A stretch of DNA of 48,690 nt, the filler included, from Streblomastix strix (Eukaryota): the NCBI GenBank assembly GCA_008636045.1. It is 2 parts of 2 records of this genome, joined end to end, with 100 filler letters (N's around TTAATTAATTAA, not from the genome) between each part and the next. Parts side by side here need not be neighbours in the genome. Positions count along the whole stretch, not along the records: positions 24,415 to 48,690 come from SNRW01000242.1; 1 more part is not named here. One strand, given 5' to 3'. The notes below the pieces were generated by a model that saw nothing but the letters and a program-made list of their open reading frames with translations, had not been told where the DNA came from and ran no database searches. Positions 24,417-48,690 of the stretch are shown piece after piece. The first letter of the stretch is position 1. Each line of letters opens with the position of its first letter. The translations under genes were made by a program, and so were the position numbers.

Positions 24417-27331
24417 CTTGCTGGTCATTTTATCAAAACGATTTCATAAAAGATCAACATCACTTATACAGATTTCATTGATTCTACATTCACTGGCAGT
24501 GGTAATTCTATAATGATTGATGAACAACAAGCATCTGAAATAAGTTTTATTTGGTGCAACTTCACAAATCTCCGAATAGATGATGATGGTTAAATTAGTT
24601 CATGTATTCATTCAATTCTATCTAGTGAGAATGGTTTCTAACTCAATGCTGAATATTGTATATTCTCTGATTGTACATATAATGGATCAAGAGATAAACC
24701 ATATTAAAAGATACTCAATTCAATTACAGAACTTAACTACACATCTAAACCAGTTAATTTGCAAAGGACAATCTACATTCTTGATGACATTTGGGATGAA
24801 ACATTATAGAGTTTATCACTAATTTATCCTCTCGTTATCAAAAGTGGTCTTATAGATGATGATAATGGAAACAGGAAAAAGGATACATGGATTACAAATA
24901 CATCAGCATATTAAATAATATATTATCGTATTGGCGATCTTACCGCTTGAAGACTTTCAATTCAATTTCACAAATGTTAGTGGATCTATTCGACCATTCA
25001 ATGAGCACATTTGGATAAATGCATCAGGATCATCATCTAATTCCAGTTTAACAATTATTTCTTGCATATTTAATGGCTTAGGAATGGATGGTAATTTGAC
25101 AAGTTATTTAATTGACACTTGTTTATTGAAAAGAATTATTCTAATTAATTCATCATTCTAAAATGCTAATGTTAGAACAGCGGTTCTTTTACTTAACTAA
25201 TCTCAAAGTGACGGTTTATTTATTACATAAAATTGCAAATTCTTAAACATCAAATCTATATAATCTACTTCTTGGGTATCTTACAACCATATTCTTTTAA
25301 TACAACTCTAACAGTAATAGTAACTGATTGTACATTTGATCATTGTACTGCAAATAGTAGACATGCAGCACTTCAAGTTAGTTCTAATTCATCCAAAACA
25401 AATACTTCGAAATATATAATAAGTAATAATAGATTCTAATACTGTGTAGGATATGAAACTGGTGGAATAATTACAGCATTTCATTCATCCAATGTCTAAT
25501 TCTAAGATAATAAATTCTTAAACAACTCAAATAATGATATTAATTAAAATGGATGTGATGTTTATTTAAATTGGTTATCATCATTATTAGGATGGAATTT
25601 GTCAAATGTTCATTCTAATATTATTTCAATAATGGAAGGAAGTACATCATAAAGTTAGAACAGTCTAAAATATAATATTACATGTATAGGAAATGGTTAT
25701 CTCAACCTTTCAAAACAAGAATACATTTATTTTATTAATCAAAGTTTAACAGCCAGTAATAAAAGTGGAACTAATGAATAAATCCATTAAAGACAATTCA
25801 ATCTACAATTCAATAATCAAATCGAAATTCAAACATCTTCTTCAATCTTATCAATACATAACACAATGAAAGTATTATAATCAATTCTAATTCAATTTGA
25901 AAATCAATATAAATAAAAGGGAAAGATAATTAGGGAATAACATTGAGAAGAAGCAATGAAGATATAATTGATTCTATTTTTACTTTAACTTCAAATTCAG
26001 TAACACAAACTACAATATTGAATGTTAAAATGAATGTTGATTCTGGATTCTTTGTAATTCAATAAAGCAAGAAAGCACAACTTACTCTTTCACATATAGA
26101 TTTCATTGGAGCAGGAACAGTTAAATAAGAAGGACTAGCACTATTATTAATTGAATAATGCACATTCAATCTAATTGATAAAGTAATATCTCATGTTCCA
26201 TTCATTTCAGCAATCAGAGGTCTCTTAGAAATCAATAATTGTTAGTTTGGATCAATAAATGAAAGTAAGTTAGGATCATCAGTTATTTCATGTTCATCAC
26301 AATGCACTTATATCATAATATCCAATTCAAACTTCAATAATTTAAATTCAAACTTAACAAATGTAAATGTGAAAGCATCTGGCATTGTTGCTATTGAGTT
26401 AGGATATAAAACTTCTGTTGAATTAAGTAAATGCATATTCCTATAATGTATTGATTCTAGTTCAAATAATTCTCTATCATCTGGATCTATTTGCTTCTAT
26501 TCTCAACTATAAGTTTAAAAACAATAAAACGCATAAGAATTTGATAATAATTTTGGCAAAGCTTCAGTTGTTAATTGTTAATTTACTTAATACTAAGGTA
26601 AACATACAGGAGGAATCTACTTTGGTGATAATGTGATTCCTATAAGTGCACAAAATAACATCTTCTCTCTCAATAGTTTCACATCACAAACTGATCAAAG
26701 TGCATCTGATATCTTCTTTGCATCAAAAGAATTGCTTGATCAATCTGGTGGAATATTAAATGTTGCAAGTGGATATCAATACAAACAAGTTTCTGGATCA
26801 AAACAAACTGGAGAAGTAAAGATCAAAGATGTATCCACCAACTTCGCTGAATATCTGAATTGCATCACAACAAAGGGAACAAATTGTGGAGATATTCCAT
26901 GTGGAGGAAAAAAAGGCACAATTCCTGATATCTGTTTGATTAAAGACTCAACAGCAGATTCTTCTGAATTAGCAGATCCAGACAAAATTGATGATGAGTC
27001 ATTTCCTATTGGCGCTATAATTGGTATTATTCTCGGAGTTTTAGGAGTAACTGCTGTTTTTATTATCATCATTGTTGTTGCTGTTTTTATATCAAAGAAG
27101 GTATTAAACCACTTCTTTTTTTATTCAATTCTACTTATTTTATTAATTCAGAGAAAACGAGTCAAATTATAAGGACTTTATGGTTAAGACATGAAAGCAA
27201 GAGAAATGGTAAGGTCCATTAAATACACTCATTCTGGCAATACATTCACTGATTTTTAAAAAGTAATTAATGATTAATCTGATGAATAGATGAATGATAG
27301 TAATTGGAATGAAAAGATATAAGATAATTGA
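24417..27331 (+). pseudogene. 5'-truncated beta-helix-like type-I surface protein with frameshifts/stop (pseudogene or assembly errors)
   Basis: Repeated 'I.NC.F.N' / 'TGGI' beta-solenoid-like motifs, a Cys-rich stalk (EYLNCITTKGTNCGDIPCGG...DIC) and TM IGAIIGIILGVLGVTAVFIIIIVVAVFI-SKK. Probable intron at 27101-27151; stop TGA at 27329-27331. Frame changes occur near 24945, 25275 and 25780, with an internal TGA at 25898. Confidence 0.75.
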
Positions 27332-27887
27332 TGGTGAATATGAAAATAGGAGATAGTAGACATAGTACGAAATATATACTGATAATAAATGATAAAGATA
27401 ACAATGAGGCAATTGTAATGATATTTTTCATTCGCGTTCAATGTTTATTACTGAAATATGAGCCTAAATATTTCTCTAATCAATTCATAATAGTCGTTTT
27501 AATTTTAGTTTATATTATATGCAGTTAAATTTATTATTTCATCATAAATCTAATAAACAATCTTTATCAATTAATAAGCTTTATAAAACCTTACGAACTC
27601 CAAAAAACCTCCATAACCTGATTAATGTAAATATTCTGGGTCAGTGTTAATGATCGCTTTGCATTCATGTACTATTTATCCAGTATTGCGATTTTTTCCT
27701 CTAGAATACCTTGCTATCATTCTTCTGGGATAAATTTAATTATTACAATCTAATATATTTCTTATGGTAAATAATTATAGAATAATTATTTATTATTTGA
27801 TATAAAAAAATGAAGTGATAAATTTTTTCGTATATAATAAAATATTGTTTGATGAGTTAATTATGTTGTAAAAAAAGCATATTTAAA

Positions 27888-42345
<14,458 letters not shown>

Positions 42346-43033
42346 GCGCTTACTATAATAAAATAATTAAAATAATTAAATATTATTAAATATCTCAACT
42401 TTTAAGGTTAACTGAAGAGTTATGTTGCATTTTAGTTATTTTATTAAATATAAGCATAAATAGGTATTAAAATGTAAAAATTATAATAAAATAAGACTTT
42501 ATAATTAATATTGTTATTATTTATGAGGATAATTACAATAAGTTAACAATAATAATTGAGTAAATTTGATTATATTAGAATCTCGTCGAGTCGATGTATT
42601 TTTCTTTAAATTAATTGAAATAAACAACAGTTTTCTTAATTTAATTCTAATACGATTTTTATCTCGTGAATAAATAAAGTAATATATAATTATTAATAAA
42701 AATCGAGTTTTTACTCACAATTTCCAAATATTTTGATTATTCAGTTCAATTATATGCTTCAATTTTATCATTGCTATGAATAATAATAACCTTGATAGAT
42801 TTATTAAATTTAGTAACTGTGTACACAAAGATTAAAAATAAAATCCGTGAAATCGGTTTTACTCCATTAAATTACAGGAAATATATTCTATATTGTTTTT
42901 TCTTTAAACATTTTTAGAAAATACACTCATTTATAACAACAAAATTATATTTTTACAGTTTACTTTTCAATCAGAATTTTTTTTTTATTAAATTTATTTT
43001 ATTAGAATACTTAAAGCACTAGTAAAAATTATA

Positions 43034-45826
43034 ATGACTGAAAATTACAAGGATAATAATAAAGAGAATACAATATCAAATAATCCTTAATTGAATTTAA
43101 CCACAAACTAAGAAATTTCACTTAATGAAAATGAGCAACTAGAAAAAACAAAAGAGATTTCACAATCTATTTCAAACTTAAAAAGTTCAGAGACCAATCC
43201 AGACAAAATAACAGCTGAAATTAATATACCAGATAAAAAACAGAATGAAAGTATGAAAAGTTTATTTTTTAAATCAATTTTTTAATATTTATTTTTATTT
43301 TAATGCAAATTAATTTAGTTGAAAATCAAACAACAGCAACATCAATAGCAGATTTGTTTGGCAATTCATCCATCACAGCACAAAATAGATTATCAAACAA
43401 TCAAACTATTGATGCATCAACTGTGATAAATATATTTAATACATCTTCATCATCCACTTAGACAAGCCAGTTAGGCATTCAACTACCTACTACAACTGGA
43501 TTAAATTTGTTTGGTATACATACTCCAGGATAATCAGTAATAGATCCATTTAATACAACATCTTCATCTTCTAATAATAACTTATCTGGTATTCAGCAAC
43601 TTTCATCGACTAATATAATATAGAAACTTAGTAATCCAAAGAATGCATAGACAGGAATCGATTTGTTTGGAGGATTATAAGGAGAATAATAAATAAATAT
43701 TTTTGGAGGTATATAAAATATTAATATAATTAAGAAATTTATGCATTAATATTTATTTTAATTAATTAAGTTTGAAAACTGTATTTGTTATTTCATTTTT
43801 CACAATTTTCATACAATATTATTATTTTCATTAAAATTATATACTTAATTCATAACTTCAAGTTCCATTGAATGAAACAACAAAAGAAATATTAAATATT
43901 TTTGAGTCAATAATTTTAATTGAAGAAGAGAAATAAATTAAGATTAATGAAATATTTGAGGAATTGAAAGCAAAAAGTTATTTTGAATTGTTGTAGATCT
44001 TTAATGCGGGAATATTCTTAACAATTCAGAATAATATTAGAAATTGCAATACAGAAGCTGAGATTGCCCTTGTTAATATAATATAACTTGCAGTTGAATA
44101 AGCAATGAAAATTCCATAAAAGAATGTATTTGGAAATCAAAATCCAATCTTCAATGATATTCGTAAATCTGGACTCTTTGACAAAATTATTAGTTTGATT
44201 AAATAAAAGACTGAATTAGAAACAAAAGAGAATAATAATCATCCATTTCCAGATGTTGTTGTACAACTGGTTTAAATATATATATAAATGATGAAAGGAT
44301 AGTAAATTGAAGAAGAAATGATTGATTAATGCTCATATGTGTTGGATATAAGCTCTACAAATATCTTGGGATCTAATGCTTTATCTGAATAGGAAAAATA
44401 TTCAAAAGCTATTTCTTTATATTAAAAAGTGAAGAAAATGAATTTGCAGCAAAAAGAATAAATTTTCACTTTTTAGGAGTTGATTATTATAAGGAAAAGA
44501 ATGGGAAATTGTTCTTCAGCATATCAGAAGATGATTCTTAATATAATTGAAGTTATAAGCATAAATTTTGAAGATCAATATTTAATCTTATTGAAACATT
44601 CAGGTCTTATAGAAAATATTTAAAATGTGATAAAGTTGAAAGTATAAGAAGAAGAAGAGAAAGATTCTTCATACTCAGATGTCATTGAACAATTAATGAG
44701 AATATATATTAATGTAACCAAAAATTAATAAGTTGATGCTGAAATGATTGATATTTGTGCAAGAGTTTTGGATTATAGAATGTCTGAATTAGTAAACAAG
44801 ATCAGGAATTTTGGAAATGATGAATAAGAAAAAAATGATTAAACAATAAAATTTAATGAAATGTTGAAGTATTTAGTGACTTCAGGACAGACAATACAAT
44901 CAATTGTATTATTTAGAGGAAATGATTATAAAATTCCTGAACAATTTGATAAGTTGATAAAAGAAAGAATTGCTCCATTAATGCATATCAATTGTTCTTC
45001 TTCACTATTATGTCCATTCAAAATTTCTGTTGGAAGAGTTTCTATATTCCAAGATTTTAAAGGTTCAATATTAAGGACACTATCATATTATTCTAAAAGT
45101 AATAATAATTTCAAAGAATTCTTGTTGAATAAACATGATGCTCTTTTTCATATCAATTCACTTATCATCCTTCTTACAGATTCAAATTATATTCAACAAG
45201 AAACAGAAGAAATTGAATAATTGCAAGAATAACATAAGCGACCTTCACTTTTTGTTATATCTCAAGCTCTTGATCTTTTGCATTAACTGTTATCATAAAA
45301 TTCAACGAATTGCATTACAGCAACCAATGTACCAAACCTCATTAATTCATTAATAATTCTTTCTAAATTCAAAGTTGGCCAGCATCTCAACTAAAATGAG
45401 GACAAACATTCTGAAATGATCAGATTTTTCTGTTTCCATTCTCTAAACACCATTCAGATATTTGGAGATGAAATGGCTCTGATGTTGTTCTCATAATTAG
45501 GATTTGTCAATACAATGATTTCTATATTTTCTACTGGTGGTGGAAGCCATGAAGAAAAAGATAATGATATTTTCTTCACTTTATCCAGCATTTGTAATTT
45601 CTTCATTTAATTTCATAGAATTCAAAGAAATGATTAAAGAAATCTGATTAAAACATCTGAAGAGCAACTTGAAGAAGATGGAGGAAATGAAGAAATTGAG
45701 ATTTAATTAATAAATAAAGGTAATATATTAGCAGGAAGTATTTAGTAATAAGCAAAATCATCCAAAAGATAAATATTAAATTTCTACCTTGATCTATCGA
45801 ATATTTTTGGATACATTATGCCCTGA
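43034..45826 (+). CDS. Helical-repeat (ARM-like) 'EEQIEEEG' family protein with FG-like low-complexity N-terminus, 3 exons
   Basis: Introns at 43251-43318 and 43709-43862. Exon 2 carries DLFG, NLFG, DLFG and NIFG. The long exon 3 has a duplicated SGL.DKI...L..IY...MID.C..VLD block and C-terminal STGGGSHEEKDNDI...EEQLEEDGGNEEIEIQLINKG. TGA at 45824-45826. Confidence 0.85.
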
Positions 45827-46402
45827 AATGATTTGATTTTATCCGATGAAAAATAAGTTATTAAAAAAATATTCTATTTCAATTTTACTTATATTATTGA
45901 TTCAATAAATAATAATTTTATAATAAATATAATTTACTGCTTTATTTGCATCTGCTCATCTAAGTTCATTATTTTTTTTTCTTTTTAAGAGATGTAATTG
46001 AAAAAATTGGGATATTAATTAATTTTAACTTTTATTTATATTCTTGAATAATTGTTATTTACTATTCGCTATATATTAAATATATTTGCAATTAATATCA
46101 AAATATACTAATTTTACATCAGAACTCATTCTTATTACCTTTAAAAAAACCACAAACTTCTTTTTCAATAAAATGCAAATTTTGCACAATAAACCGCTGT
46201 TTTCTTTAGATAATTTCTATTAAAACATGTATTATATTAAGCATAACATTTTTTATGTATTGAATTTGATTTTTTGTGGTTCATTTATTTTTTTTTAAAA
46301 AGCAAACTACAATAATTTATATCAAATATTCAGTTATGCTTCATTTTTTATTATAATATCTTTATTTTTATAATTATGTTATATTTCAGATTCTTCATTA
46401 TT

Positions 46403-48690
46403 ATGGAATCTAACGAAATCTATGAAGTTGAAGCTGACTATATAAGAATTTTTGGCGAAAATTAGGTTTTTCAGATAAATAAAGGAGATAAAGTTCGTCT
46501 GAAAAAGAAAGAGCTCGTTTGGTTCACAGTTGAGAAAGATGGGCAGATTTAGAAGGTTCCAGGAGGCAAACTTTGCAGATGCTCAAATTTACAAATGTCC
46601 AGAAATTTAGAAAAAGAAAATGATAAAAATTAAAAATCTGAAAGTTATGCAAATTATTTATAAAGTTACATTTTACATATTTAATAATATTTTCTCAATT
46701 TTTCAATAGATAATTCTGCATTTGAAAGTTAAAATAATACTCAATTTGATGAAATGCCACAATCAGTGTTACAGCATAGATTTTTCAACATAAGAAAATC
46801 ACATCAATCTAATATATTATTTTTTTCTACTGATGTTCCATATTTATCTCTTCAATAACAAGGTTAGCAATTGATAATTGTTATAAAAGATTATTTATTT
46901 ATTATTTGTTTAAAACTATTTTTTTATAATTTTGTATAGAAACAAAGGAATCGAATGAAATTAAAGACGAGATAATTAAATTAATAACTTTAACAGAAAT
47001 ATAGGAATTTGAGAAAGAATCAAATCTCAGCATAATTTATGAACAAATAAAGAGAGAAAATAAGCAAAATATTAGAAAAATATTTGACTTTGGATTATTT
47101 CAGGTAATAAAAGATTAATTAAGTGATTGTATCCTTTTGTCAGAATTAAAACTTCTTGATATAATTGAATTTATAGCAGATTAAGATGGAAGATGGTTTT
47201 TCAATGATATTCGAAGTTCTGGACTTCTGGATAAAATCTTGTCTGTATTAAAGAAAAGAATAATATCAGAAGAAATGAAAAATGATGAAAAACATTCAGA
47301 AGTATCAAAACAATTATTGCGAGTTTATTTGAAGTTTGTGAAAGGAAATTATATTGATTCAGAAGTTGTTGATATTCGGGTAAAAGTTTTTGATCAGTGT
47401 ATAACATCCATCTTAGGATTGACATCACTTTCAGACTAAGAAAAAGAAGTTCAATTCAGAAAAGAATTTGATTAACTGAAGAAGAAAAGCAATACTGAAC
47501 TAAAAGAAATATTTGATTATTCAGTGTTTGTAACAATATAAAAGAGGATAACAAACTTTGATAATAAGGATAAAGATGCGCTTATAAATGTAATTGAATT
47601 ATTAGTTGATCGTTTGGGATAATATGTTTATGATAACATTGAAAGATCTGGATTATTATCAAAGCTTGAATCTATAATAAAATAAAGAGTTGAGATGGAA
47701 AATAATGAGGATAAAAATGTTCAATATTTATAATCAATTGAATCACTTGTGTTGATATATCTTAAACTAACAAATGAAAAGAGAAACAATGAAAGAATAA
47801 TGGATTCATGTATTAAGATGTTAGGAAAGAACATCAGAATAAATTCAGATAAACTTAACAAGCAATTAAAATTGAAAAATAATGAAAGTATAATAAAGTA
47901 GGATTATGATACATTTGAGAAGGATGTGTATTTAATTACAAATTCTATTAGAATTATTGGACAATTTAAACTTCGTAGTTGTAGGAAATTGCCAGTGCAA
48001 TTCATATAGTTATTTCGTAACTGTATAACACCATTTATTCATATTAATGGTTAATCCTATCCATAATGCCCTTACAGCGTCTAAATTTAATCTCTTCCTT
48101 GTATCCAGAAGTTATAATCTGTTATATTTGGTTATCTTGCTTCTATGGTAGATGATAATCCAGAATTTGCAGATTCTCTGATTTAGAAACACAATATCAT
48201 ATCTCATCTTTCACCAATATTATCTTCATTTGCTCATTTAATGTAATAATCGTAATAATAATTTTGCAACATTGATTCAAATGACTCACCATCATATCAA
48301 TCTTCTTCCAAATGTAAAAATGTTATAAATCTTCTCCTTGCTCTTCTTAAAAGTGAATAATCAAATTTTAATCTTATTGCCATACCAAGTTTTATTTAAA
48401 ATTTCATAATTCTTGCTTAATTCAATCTTGGAAATCATCGCAGTTTATATGAAATAAAAGAATCTTCAATGTTTAGAGTTAAAAATCTTGAATGCTTGAA
48501 AATTGTACAACAAAGAGAAGTTAAAATAAATATGTAATATCTTCTTTCATACAATAAATTTATTAGCATGCTGATTATGATTATTGCAACAGGAGGTGGA
48601 AAAGGTTCTGATTATGAAAATGAGATCATTCTTGCATTTGAATGCTTTGAAACTTATTTTATATCAAATTTCAATGTAGTATCATCATAT
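46403..48690 (+). CDS. SH3-domain + helical-repeat protein, paralogue of 43034-45826; runs off the window end
   Basis: N-terminus YEVEADYIRIFGENQVFQINKGDKVRLKKKELVWFTVEKDGQIQKVPGGKL is SH3-like. Introns at 46644-46709 and 46863-46939. FNDIRSSGLLDKIL matches FNDIRKSGLFDKII of the neighbour, and IATGGGKG matches FSTGGGSH. Confidence 0.85.

Overview
This is very AT-rich, intron-containing eukaryotic DNA that uses a non-standard nuclear code (TAA/TAG = Gln, TGA the only stop). The supplied standard-code ORF track is therefore mostly fragments or antisense shadows. The code, intron style and gene families best fit an oxymonad protist such as Streblomastix; this is inference. Two contigs are joined by an artificial 100-nt spacer at 24315-24414. 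Contig 1 holds, in order: a degraded WD40/helical-family chimera, a ~600-bp foldback element, a 13-exon STE20 kinase, ribosomal protein S5, a CK1/TTBK-family pseudokinase ending in a CaaX box, a bacterial-like VWA protein, a type-I surface membrane protein and a transposase remnant. Contig 2 holds a disrupted beta-helix-like surface protein, a ~4,700-aa HEAT-repeat protein with an ~11.5-kb exon and a (TAA)42 polyQ, and two tandem helical-repeat paralogues with different N-termini (FG-like vs SH3). Seven of eight genes with a visible start have a 3' splice-acceptor-like YAG 0-13 nt before the ATG. All gene models were read by hand.
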